Below, in pieces: positions 52,965 to 64,000 of a stretch of 64,000 bases of DNA. Position numbers and translations under genes: made by a program. Within the stretch, counting starts at the first letter, position 1. Each line of letters starts with the position of its first letter. Where the stretch lies: positions 113,460,001 through 113,524,000 of the forward strand of contig OX597817.1 in the NCBI GenBank assembly GCA_951406725.2, read 5' to 3'. Below the pieces are notes generated by a model that worked only from the letters and a program-made list of their open reading frames with translations, was not told the origin of the DNA and ran no database searches. The DNA comes from Octopus vulgaris. Taxonomy: Eukaryota.

Positions 52965-53298
52965 ATATATATAGAATTACAAAAAAACACCTTTTATCAA
53001 TTCAAAATGAACAATTAAATTACACCATCTAGAAAATTACATATAATAGAAAAATTGAAATTAAAATAACAATAAAATGTCAAAGATTAAGTAAATTGCA
53101 AAAAATAATAATAAAAATGTATATAATAGATATTATATATGTTTTTATTATTATTTTTTGCAATTTACTTAATCTTTGACATTTTATTGTTATTTTAATT
53201 TCAATTTTTCTATTATATGTAATTTTCTAGATGGTGTAATTTAATTGTTCATTTTGAATTGATAAAAGGTGGTTTTTTTTCTAATTTTATATATATAT
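52965..53298. repeat. ~330-bp AT-rich near-perfect palindrome
   Basis: accttttatcaattcaaaatgaac... is mirrored by ...gttcattttgaattgataaaaggt; centre ~53130, essentially no spacer. Confidence 0.9.
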
Positions 53299-53457
53299 TA
53301 TATTGTGTGAAATTTGATTTAGTATTTCTAAATTGAATTTTTTCCTTGTAAGTTTGGATTTTATTCCCTCAGCTGCTGATTAATCATTCCTTTATCTTTT
53401 TCCATTATTTTCCTCCATCATTCCTTTTCCTTGTGGTTGCAAATGTGGAATCACCAG

Positions 53458-53631
53458 AGTAAACGTAGATTTTCTTTGTCAAGAACTGAAAGTAGCGGCA
53501 CATTTGTTTCACTCCCTTCATCATTCAATACCAAGCGTGACTTCAATCGTTCTGGCAACACTAGAGCGTTCCAAAAGAATATTGCTGAACAAGTGGAACA
53601 CATTCCACTACCAGCACCCAACCAATATCAG
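53458..53631 (+). CDS. STPG1: STPG1-like exon; the gene continues, later exons not identified in the window
   Basis: cag|SKRRFSLSRTESSGTFVSLPSSFNTKRDFNRSGNTRAFQKNIAEQVEHIPLPAPNQYQ|gtaaag; KRDF and PAPNxY motifs, phase 0. Confidence 0.83.
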
Positions 53632-54239
53632 GTAAAGAAATAATTATTTTAATATTTCCTTATTAACTCATTTTTCCTTCTGTTAATATCTAAACCAGCG
53701 TTTCTCAACTGGGGTTCCCTGGAACCCTAGGGTTCCACAAAAGGTTCCTAGGGGTTCCGTGAGAAAGAGGTGAGATAAGTTAATGCTAATTTCACTATCA
53801 TAATATTACCATACATGCACAACATATTATTAGTTACTGCAATATTGTAATATAGACATCATCCTATCTAACCTATTATGTTATCAAAAAAAATAATAAC
53901 AGCCATGCATGTATGTATGGATGGATGGATGTCATTATTCAGTTTATTTCAAAATTTCTTGCCAATAGAGAAAGAACCAGTTTCTAACCTAGATCCAAGG
54001 TTCCTTCATTGGAATTTCAACATCAACAGCAGGGTATTTTTGTTTGTCTGTCTGTATGTATGTATGTATGTATGTATGATATTTATCACATGAGCTACGA
54101 TGAAAAAAATATGAGAAAGATATGATACATAATATTTTTTTGTGCAGGGCTTCCTTGAGACATGTAATTTATTTTAAGGATTACACAAGGGTGACAAGTT
54201 TGAGAAACACTGCTCTAAACGTTATGAATTCAGAACACA

Positions 54240-54380
54240 ATGGTGGTGATAGTGGTGGTGGTGGCGGCGGTGGTGGCAGCAGTGGCGGTGGTGGTGGTGG
54301 CGGCAGCAGCAATGGCCATGGTGGCAGCAGCAACATGTTGGGAGGGATGAAAGGAGGAGGAGGAGGGTGATGACGATGAC
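54240..54380. repeat. GGT/GGC/GCA compound trinucleotide repeat
   Basis: Direct reading. Confidence 0.8.
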
Positions 54381-55843
54381 AACAATCCTGTTGTTGTTTA
54401 GTCCTCAGGTCAGCTCTGTCATCAAAACTGTTCCAGTCATGCCCATCCTGTCTTTTCCCTAGATATTGCATATTTAACAACGCAAGTTGGCTGAACTGGA
54501 ATATATGTCAAAAAGAGTTTAGTTTTGTCCTTCAAATTTCACTTGTATAGAGTTAACCATATGTTTTAATAACCTTATCTATGCTCAACTCTATTGAAAA
54601 ATGCGAACACTATCTATCTTTTTTTGATGTCAATTCAGGGTCAATAAAATAAGTACCACTTGAGTACTGGGGTCTGTGTAATTGCTTTATCTCCTCCCCT
54701 CAAATTGGTGACCTTGTGCCAAAATTTGAAAACTATTAATGCTTCTTGATATTAGTATACTTGATATTTTTTCAAATGGCTTTCTAGTTATTTATCCTGC
54801 TTTTCCAGCTCTTCTTTTGATTTTAAGATAAGTGTATCATGACCTGTATTTCAGGATGGTCATTTGATTTTTCTTGCCAAATAAATACACGTACAATATG
54901 TTCGTGCTTCATTCCTTTATTATTGTTCTTCTTTTATCATATGACCATTGTCTGGAAATCTTTCATCACACACTTGTGACCTCTTCAGCGACTCATCCAT
55001 CCCATGTGTTACTATATCTCTCTCCAACCCTACACACTCAATAATACTATAAAGAGAGGAATCCCCTAAAAAAAATTAAAATCTGAAGAATCTACTAGAG
55101 TAGATGCAAGCCCTAATATATGATTTATAAAACGTGACATATTAATAAAAATCTGTAAATGTACAAACATCCAGATTTCTGAGTACCTTATTTTTTCTAA
55201 TATATAATACCTGTACATCACCTCCAAACCTTCTAATATATATATATGTATATAAGAATGGTCATTACATATAATTCTTTTATTAGAGCAAATTTGGCTT
55301 ACAGATGTTTCCAGTAGTCACTATAGGTACTTTACTGATAGGTTTACTCAATTGGTCCATTGATCAATTGAGGCAAATTGAACAACCTAAGAAAATTAAT
55401 GCTACTTTTGTCAGAGCTATTTCTGGTTATAATAAGCAGAGCATGGAGGAATAGCCATTGCGTAAAGGGATTGTTTTGTTTTACTATATATGTATGTGTG
55501 TGTGTTTGCAAAGGTAAGATCTAAAAATCAAAGTTTAAGATGTTAGTAAGCTTTGAGCAGTCTGTAGAAGGTAAAAAAAAACAACTTTTAGGAACAATAG
55601 TGGTTTACTGATGTTAGAGGGTTGTAAATTTTTTCCATATTGAAGTTCGGTAAGATGATAAATGTTATTCATAGTTTACGGTCGGCAGCTGAGGTTGCTG
55701 TGTATGCAGCCCAATGAGTAGCTAGTGGACTGCCCCTCGCTTGTGTAATAACTACATTTGCTAGCTATGAAACATGTAGCGTACATTTTATCTATTCCAT
55801 TCCCTAATTTTGAACATATGTATATATACACACATACAGTGAA

Positions 55844-56165
55844 GGCACATGTCTTAGTGGTTAGGGCATTCAGCTCATGATTGTAAGATCATGAGTTCAA
55901 TTCCCAGCAACACGTTGTGTCTTTGAGGAAGACACTTTATTTCACATTGCTCCAATCCACTCAGCTGGCAAAATTGAGTAGTACCTGTATTTCAAAGGGC
56001 CAGCCTTGTCACACTATGTGTCACGGTGAATCTCTCTGAGAACTACATTAAGGGTACACATGTCTATGAAGTGTTCAGCCACTTACATGTTAATTTCACA
56101 AGCAAGCTGTTCCGTTGATAGTATCAGCTGGGACCCTTGTCGTCATAACCAACAGAGTGCTTCTT
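55844..56165 (+). mobile_element. tRNA-derived SINE, second family
   Basis: ggcacatgtcttagtggttaggg (A box), gagttcaattccc (B box), tgtgtctttgaggaagacacttt; followed by (TGTA)n. Confidence 0.7.
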
Positions 56166-56399
56166 TACATGTATGTATGTATGTGTGTGTGTGTGTATAT
56201 GTGTGTGTATGTATGTATGTATGTATGTAGTACAAAGTAAGATAGGGGTTATGAGGGTAACCCACTATAGGATATCAGTTATCCAATATACTGCTGGTGA
56301 AGCACCCAAATACTAAATACATAAGTGCTTATAATTGCAATGCAATTAATTCATTTATTGTATTGGATGGGTGAAGGTAAAATATTTTACTGTAAATTT

Positions 56400-59135
56400 A
56401 TAATGGTTGGCATCCTTTTTGTCTCGGGAGACAATGGAGTTGCGCATAAAGTAGTCTAGTCCGGCTTTTACATTTCATGTCCTGATACATTTCCTGCTGT
56501 GGCTGTGTAGTCCTATCCTGGACAAACACTCTGGCAGGTACCGCAAATGTAGCGAAGACTGTTCCTGGCTGGTTGTAATGCCATAGTTTCTTGTTGACGT
56601 CTTTTCTTGTCTTTCCATTTCTCCTCTCTCTCTCTGTCACTCCTTTGTATTTCCTCTCCTACGGTACGTCGCCAGTCTCCACGGTTGCCGGCAACTGCCT
56701 CCCAACTGCTAATATTGATGTTGCAGGCCTTCATGTCTCTTTTGCAAACATCCTTGTAACGTAAGAGCTGTCTACCCACAGACCTAGTACCCCTAGCAAG
56801 CTCTCCATAGAGTATGTCCTTGGGGATTCTGCCATCTTTCATACGGCTAACATGCCCAAGCCATCTCATACGTCTTTGTGTGAGGAGTGCAAACATGCTT
56901 GGTATTCCTGCTTGCCTGAGGACATCTTTGTTGGGGATATGGTTCTACCATTTGATGCAGAGGATTTTCCGGAGGCAGCGCAGGTGAAAGATGTTTAGGC
57001 GACGCTCTTGGCGTGTGTATAGCGTCCAAGTCTCACTTCCATACAGTAGAGTGCTAAGTACACATGCCTGGTAGATCTTCATTTTCGTGGTCTTGGTCAG
57101 CTTATTGTTGTCCCAAGCCCATTTGGAGAGTTGGGCCATCGCAACAGCTGCCTTGCCAATGCGTATATTGAGCTCAGCATCGAGGGATAGGTTGTAGGTG
57201 ACGGTAGAGCCCAGATAGGTAAACTTCTCCACCTCTTGTAATCTATGGTCTCCAATATGTATGTTTGGGATGTCCAATGTAGCCTGACCCATGACGTTGG
57301 TCTTCTTAAGGCTGATAGCTAAGCCAAAGTCATTACATGCTTGCTCAAAACAGCCCTTTGGAGGGCTTCTTCTGTGTGTGATACCAGAGCGGCATCATCA
57401 GCAAATAGCATCTCCTTGATCAGGACGTTTCTGATTTTGGTCTTGGCATGCATGCGCGAGAGATTGAACAGTTTCCCGTCACTTCTACTGTGCAGGAACA
57501 CTCCATCATCTGATGTCTGAAAGGCATGTGAGAGTAAGAGCGAGAAGAAGATGCCAAACAATGTAGGAGCAAGGACACAACCTTGCTTTACCCCGTTTTT
57601 TATTTGGAAGGCGGCTGATGTTGAACCGTTGTGCTGTATGGTGCCTTGCATGTCATCATGGAAAGACTTGATGATCCTCAGCAGCTTTGGTGGACATCCG
57701 ATTTTTTGGAGCAGGGTGAAGAGGCCTGTTCTGCTTACCGAGTCAAAGGCCTTTGTTAGATCAATGAAGGCCATATATAATGGCATTCTCTGCTCTCTGG
57801 ACTTCTCCTGAAGTTGGCGTATGGAGAATATCATATCGATAGTTGATCTGCTTCTTCTATAGCCACATTGCGATTCTGGATAGATTCGAGAAGCAAGTAG
57901 TTGTAGCCTGGCCAGGATAACGCGGGCAAAGGTCTTTCCAACAGTGCTTAGAAGAGATATTCCACGGTAATTGTTACAATCACCACGGTCACCTTTGTTT
58001 TTGTAAAGCGTAATGATGTTAGCATCCCACATATCCTGAGGGATTGTACCCTCTTCCCAGCACTGACACAGAAGCTCATGAAGGTGCCGAAGCAGGATGG
58101 TGTTTTTGCTGGCTTTGATGATCTCTGAGGGGATGCCGTCTTTTCCCGGAGCCTTGTTTCTTGCTAGGGAGTCAACAGCCTTGATGAGCTCTGCTATAGA
58201 TGGCGGACTGTCAAGTTCGCACATGACTGGCAAGATCTTGACACTCTCAACTGCAGCCTCAGCCACTGTAGTCTCCTGTGAGTAGAGATCCTGGTAGTGC
58301 TCCACCCATCTATCCATTTGCTTGCTTTGATCCCTGATGAGATCTCCAGTAGTTGATTTCAGAGGGGTTGACTTGGTTGCGGATGGACCAAGAGCCTTCT
58401 TCAAACCGGCATACATTCCACGGGTGTCGCCCCTGTCAGAAGCTGACTGGATACTCTGACAGATTTCCTGCCAATACCTATTTGCACAGTGTCTGGCTGT
58501 CAGTTTGGTTTTATTTCGTGCCTTTCTGAGTTCTTCGAGTGACTTTGTAGAAGAGTCGCTCTTGTATTGCATCAGAGCTGCACGCTTTGCTTCGATAACT
58601 GGCTCCAGCTCTGAGAGCCCAGCAATCTGGGTTTTGCCTTTCTCTCATGCCAAAAGTATCTATTGATGTCGTATACAAAGCTTCCCTGATGTAGTTCCAC
58701 CTACTTTCAGCAGAGGAGGTTGGGCAGCCACTGAGGGCAACCTTGATAGCAGCAGCAAAACATTTTCGCAGTGTAGGGTCCGAGGTTCTGGCAGTGTTAA
58801 TGCGTGGTCGGCCCACTTTCTTGGAGCGGTGGACTTTTTTAGGTAGAATCCTCACCCTACTTCTAATTAGTGAGTGGTCTGTGTCACAATCCGCGCTCTG
58901 GTAACTGCGGGTCAATAGAGTAGAATTCAGAAAGGATCTCTGTGTAATGATGAGATCCAGCTGATGCCAGTAGTGAGATCTTGGATGTCTCCAAGATGCC
59001 TTGTGGGATGGCTTGTTGGTAAAGAATGTGTTTGTGATGCACAGGTTGTGGTATGTGCAGGATTCAAGTAGTCTCTGACCATTGTCATTCATGTTGCCAG
59101 TACCAAAGTGTCCAATACAAATGGGCCACGAATCA
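56400..59135 (-). mobile_element. RTE-clade (BovB-like) LINE, 5'-truncated within the APE domain, frameshifted
   Basis: NDNGQRLL, WRHPRS..LD, CDTDH (APE); KAPGKDG, YRGISLL, FIDLTKAFD, GVKQG, LFADD (RT); RWLGHV; 3' stem tgtctcccgagaca..ggatgcc. Confidence 0.95.
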
Positions 59136-60169
59136 TTATTTTTATTGTATTATTAATTTGCATATTGATGTATATTGTTTTGTTCGATTTTCATGTTCCT
59201 ATTTATATAATTAATAAATAATATGAAATTGTAATATCTGTAAATTGATGATCGAAATGAATTTGTTCCTCCTTTTTCTTATTTGTATTATATATATATA
59301 TATATATATATGTATTTATCTGTATGTATGTATAAGTGTGTGTATATATATGTGTGTGTGTGTAATTATCTGCCTTGAAGAACTTAGTTGAATGAATTAA
59401 CCCCAGTACTTATTTTTTTGCTTTAAGTCTTATTATTCTATTGCTCTCTTTTTGCTGAACTGCTAAGTTGCAGAGATGTAAAGAAACTAACACACACATT
59501 TATATATATATGTGCATGTATATAGATTTGTGTGTCTTTGTATTTGAGTTTGTGCCCCTTCCACCACTCTTTACAACCAGTGTTGATTTGCTTAGATCCT
59601 TGTAACATAGCAGTTCATCAAAAGAATTCAATAAAATAAGTATACAAGCTTAAAACAAAAAAAAAGTACTGGGTTCAATTTAGTCAACTAGAACCTTTTA
59701 AGTGGTGCCCCAGTATGGTCACATTCCAATGACTGAAACAACTAAAAAGTTAAAAAGTATGTATGTCCCAAATTGTAGGCTACAGTTTTGCCCCTAAATA
59801 GCTGAAATTGTGCTTTGGGACTCATCTTTTGAAGATCAAGGCCATAGAATATAAGACTTAATCTTATACTTCCTATAACCCCAAGTAGGGCCAGATACTA
59901 CAAATAGTTATTTATATAATTAGTTTTGTAGTATTATGTCATATGTTTACATTCTAAATTCATATACCACCAGCATTAACTTTGCCTTTCATTCTTCTGC
60001 CTGCAGCTGATGAAATTACTATCAGTTATATGCCAGCTTCAGCATTCACTCCCCAGATGAAGCGAGGTTGTTAAAAAAGCTAAACTATCTTTAATTTGGT
60101 TTTCTTGTTTATCCTCATTTATGGTCATGAATGTTGGGTGATGACCAAAGGAATGTCATCTCATATACA

Positions 60170-60380
60170 ATCAGGTGAATTGGGATTCTTCTGAAGAATC
60201 TCTGAAGTAATGTTACTTGATAGGATGCACAGCTCAGAGATCAGGGAGTCTCTCCAGATCTAGCTGCTATTTTTCTAGATTGAGAGAACTATGCTCCAGT
60301 ACTATGGATATGTGGTTAGGATGCCACAGGAAAGGGTTGTAAGACAGATTCTTCAAGCTAAGCCAACTGGCAGGAGACCT
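60170..60380 (+). mobile_element. Decayed RTE-like 3' fragment
   Basis: Degenerate 'LQYYGYVVRMPQERVVRQIL..PTGRRP'. Confidence 0.5.
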
Positions 60381-60939
60381 ATATTTCTGGCCTTGTACTA
60401 ATGCAAGATTTTGTTATAAATTTTGTTTCAACCAGTTTTGCAATTATTTTGATATGAGAATAGATGTAAAAATATTTTTTACAACTATTTGATAAATGCA
60501 ACTATTTTAATAATAAAACCATGTTTACATATATATATATATATATTTTTCTTTTTTTATTAAGTAAACTCTTTGAACTTTGTTTATTAGATACACTCAA
60601 AACCAAAGAACAAAATGTCTGCAGAATCAGCCTTCCGTTCACAAACCAAACGAGAGGTCACAAACTTTCAGACAGCTTCACAAATTCCCGGTCCATGTAT
60701 GTGTTCAAAACTAACTTATTCTCTCTCTCTCTCTCTCCACCCGTCCGTCTGTCTGTCTATCTATCTATCTATCTTTATCAATTTTTATATGATATAGAAA
60801 AAATGGTAAAAATATGCAAATATCTGATAAATATTCTGATATCTAGTCTTATCTTTCATATCATTGATATTACACCAAGTTTTATGCAGTGAATAGTAAA
60901 AAAAATCAATAAAATCACAAAATTACTGTGTAGTGTTGT

Positions 60940-61175
60940 TGTTATATATATATATATAATGTATTGAGTATTAAAGGAAGTAGTGAGTACTTAGTATGAA
61001 AGATTAAGAAAATGAGAGAGACTGAAACAACGTGTTAACGATACAAGATACTTTATTCGACTGCCGTTGTTGTACAAGTTAATTGTTTTGGCGGGAAACA
61101 AAGTGAAAGTCCTTTTATCAAGGGAGACAATGGGCGACGTTGATTGTTCATGTTTGTTGTGATGATTATATAACA
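60940..61175 (-). repeat. 3' LTR (236 bp)
   Basis: TGTTATATA...TATATAACA inverted termini; PPT at 61176-61191; AATAAA on the - strand at 61053-61058. Confidence 0.85.
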
Positions 61176-61207
61176 TCTTCCTTTTTTTTTTAAATTTTTT
61201 TTTTATA

Positions 61208-64000
61208 TCATCTGTATCTACAGGGAATAATTATTCGTCGTCCACTTTTTGTGGTTTTATTATTTTGTAGTGTTGAATTCTGTAGTTGTGCTGTTTTTGT
61301 TTTTTCATGCGTGTTTGTTGACTTTGGAAATATATTTTCATAATCTAATTCTTCTGTTATGCGAACGTGTTCGTTTGTTTTAAGAATATGTTGTCTATTT
61401 CGTTTGACTGTATTTCCTTCCTCTGTTATTACTAAGTATGAATGAGGTTGCTCTAGTTTTTTAATTATTTTGCCCCTTCTAAACCAATTGTTGTTAAACT
61501 TAATTCTAACCGTGTCGTGTGGTTTTAACTCTGGGAGTTCTGTTGTAATGTTTGATTTCTTCTTTTCGTGAGGCCTGATACCAATTTTGTCGTGTAGTAT
61601 GTTTGGGAGATTTGTTCGCAATGTTCTATTCATTATTTGATTTGCAGGGGATGGTGCACCATTTTGTAATTTAGTCGTGCGTAATGCTAAGAGCGCTAAC
61701 TGAGGTTCTTCGTCACTTTTGAATGCCTTTTTTAGCGTCTTTTTTATTGTCTGTATATTTCTCTCAACCATGCCATTCGCTTGATGATAATGTGGGCTTG
61801 TCTTCGTGTGATGAAAATGCCAATTTTTTGCAAATTTTTTGAATTCAGCCGAATTGAATTCTGGACCGTTGTCACTTACAACTGTTTGCGGAATTCTGAA
61901 TTTAGCAAAAGTTTCTTTTAATTTTTTGATTACGGTTTTTGTCTGGCAATCATTTATTTCGTGTAGATCAAAAAATCTTGTTGTATAGTCAATAATTGTG
62001 ACATACGAATTTCCAGACAGGTGAAATACGTCTGTACCCACTTTGGTCCATGGTGTAGTAGGTATTTCATGATTTATTAGTGGTTCGGCTGCTTGTTGAT
62101 TTTTGTAGTCAATGCAGTATGAGCATGTGTTAATCATGTCTTTGATTTGAGCGTTAATGCCGGGCCAGTATATACATTCCTTCGCTCTCTCTATGCATTT
62201 TTCGATACCCATGTGTCCGGTATGTATTTCCTGTAGAGCTTCTCTACGTAATGACTTAGGTACAATTATTCTTGAACCTTTTAGAACAAGACCATTGACG
62301 ATTGATATTTCATCACGAACGGATACGAATGGTTTGATGTTTATTGGTATTTTGTCTTTTGGGGGCCATTCTGTTCTTGTATATGTGACGAGTGTCTGTA
62401 GAGACGGGTCGTCTGCAGTGGCTTCTTTATACTCTTTTAATTTAGTGTCGGTTATGGGGTAATTTTTTATTACTGCATGAATGTGCGATTTCATATCTTC
62501 GTCTGGTACTTCTGGAGTATTTTGCTCAAGGTATGCACGTGATAGGGTATCTGCAACAATTGATTCTTTACCAGGTATGTGGTTTAGGTCAAAATCATAT
62601 CTTTGTAATGTTAGTAGAAATCTTTGGATTCTGGGGGGGCATTTAGTGATCGATTTTTTGAATATTTGCTTCAACGGTTTATGGTCATTTTCGATTCTGA
62701 AATGAGTTCCGTATATAAACTGATGAAATTTCTTGCATGCGAAAACTATACTGAGAGCTTCGCTCTCTATCGGACAGTAGTTTGTTCCGCTTGAGTTGTT
62801 GCACGAGATGCAAACGAAACAGGTAGCCATCTTTCGTTGTGTTTCTGCTCAAGTATCGCTCCGAGCCCATGCTTACTAGCATCTGTAGTTATTTTTATTG
62901 GTAGATCTGGATCATAAAATTGTAGCACTGGTTTTCTGGTAATCATTTCTTTTAGCTTTTTTATTGCTTCGATTTGTGGTTTGTCGAATGACCATAACGT
63001 GTCACTCTGTAGAAGCTGGCGCAATGGTGCTGTGACTTCGGAGTAATTAGATAAAAATTTACATAGGTAATTTGTCATACCTAGGAATCTTTGTAATTCT
63101 TTTTTACTTGTTGGCAGTGGCATGTGAATGATTGCTTGTACTTTGGTTGGATCTTGTTTTATCCCTTCGCTGGTTAATATATGCCCAAGGTACTTGATTT
63201 GTGATTCATAGAAGATACACTTTGATTTATTTAACTTTAATCCGTGCTTTCGGATTCGATCGAAAACTTGTTGTAGTCTATTCGTGTGTTCTTCTAAAGT
63301 GTTGGACCAGATTATGATGTCATCCTGTGAATTTCTTGCTCCTTCTATGCCCTCTATTATTTTTGAAATTTCTTTTTGGAAAACTTCACTGGCGCTGTGA
63401 ATTCCAATGGGTAGTCGTGTGAAGCGATACCTTCCAAAAGGTGTGTTGAACGTTAAAAGATGGGAGCTTTCTTCGTCAACTGGAATTTGCCAGTATCCAT
63501 TAGATGCATCGAGTTTTGAAAAATATTTAGGGTTATGCATTTGTGCAAAAATGTCCTCCGCTGTAGGGAGTTTGAAATGTTGCCTTTTTATGGCTTTGTT
63601 TAGATTCTTGGGGTCTAAACAGAGTCGGAGTTTTCCGTTGGCTTTTTCAACGATGACTAGGGAATTTACCCAGTCTGTAGGTTCACTAACAGGTTTTATG
63701 ATATCTAATTCTGTCATTCTTTTTAATTCTTTGTTGAGTTTTTCTTTTATAGAAAAAGGAACCGATCTTGGTGGATGAATTACAGGAGTTATTTGTGGAT
63801 CCACTGTGATATGATGTGTTATTGACAAAGTGCCGATTTCTCCGAAACAGTCTTCATATTTTTCTAATATGTCGTTTGTGTTCAACGAATTTATTTTTGA
63901 AATTCTCTGAATTAGGTTCAGATCTTTAGCTGTCTTTGCATCTATAACTGCGTGCGAGTTTGTTTTTGCAACAATGAATTTTATTTGCTTTGATAATTCT
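61208..64000 (-). pseudogene. Gypsy pol (RT, RNase H, integrase) with one frameshift near 62780
   Basis: LRLCLDP, LDASNGYWQ, SQDDII, TDASKHGLGA, NYCPIE, DHKPL, H..H..C..C zinc finger, D..SDNGP..E. Confidence 0.92.

Larger units (their letters stand above)
60940..64000 (-). mobile_element. Ty3/Gypsy LTR retrotransposon, 3' part (continues beyond the window)
   Basis: RT-RNase H-integrase order, polypurine tract AAAAAAAAAGGAAGA abutting a TG...CA LTR. Confidence 0.95.

Noticed and set aside
54122-54480. Poly-Gly / poly-Pro ORFs
   Set aside because: Translations of a trinucleotide microsatellite; no splice or homology support.
54850-54995. CTGAAGAG on the - strand (~54979-54986) as another hammerhead
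   Set aside because: No GAAA-stem III-NUH partner could be paired with it; at most a decayed remnant.

Overview
AT-rich, repeat-dense eukaryotic (animal) genomic DNA. The SINE and repeat complement suggests a cephalopod (octopus); this is an inference. Three spliced host genes can be read: the last 4 coding exons of RMC1/C18orf8 (+), a complete 7-exon ribonucleotide reductase small-subunit gene RRM2 (-), and the first 4 coding exons of an STPG1/MAPO2-like gene (+). RRM2 and STPG1 lie head-to-head across a ~700 bp promoter containing E2F, CCAAT and RFX X-box motifs. The main feature is a 12.4 kb Penelope-like retroelement array (3091-15484; RT plus C-terminal GIY-YIG, Naiad-like) inside a 15 kb RMC1 intron. 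It consists of an inverted 5'-truncated copy, a pLTR and a full-length copy, and carries three copies of a hammerhead ribozyme with a long stem II and a palindromic stem III. It is inserted into the (TA)n tract of a SINE. Also present: two mariner relics, a pogo/Tigger relic, RTE/CR1/R4 LINE fragments, nested piggyBac-type MITEs, several near-perfect palindromes, many SINEs, and the 3' part of a Gypsy LTR element running off the right edge. All calls come from reading the sequence by eye; no searches or folding programs were run.
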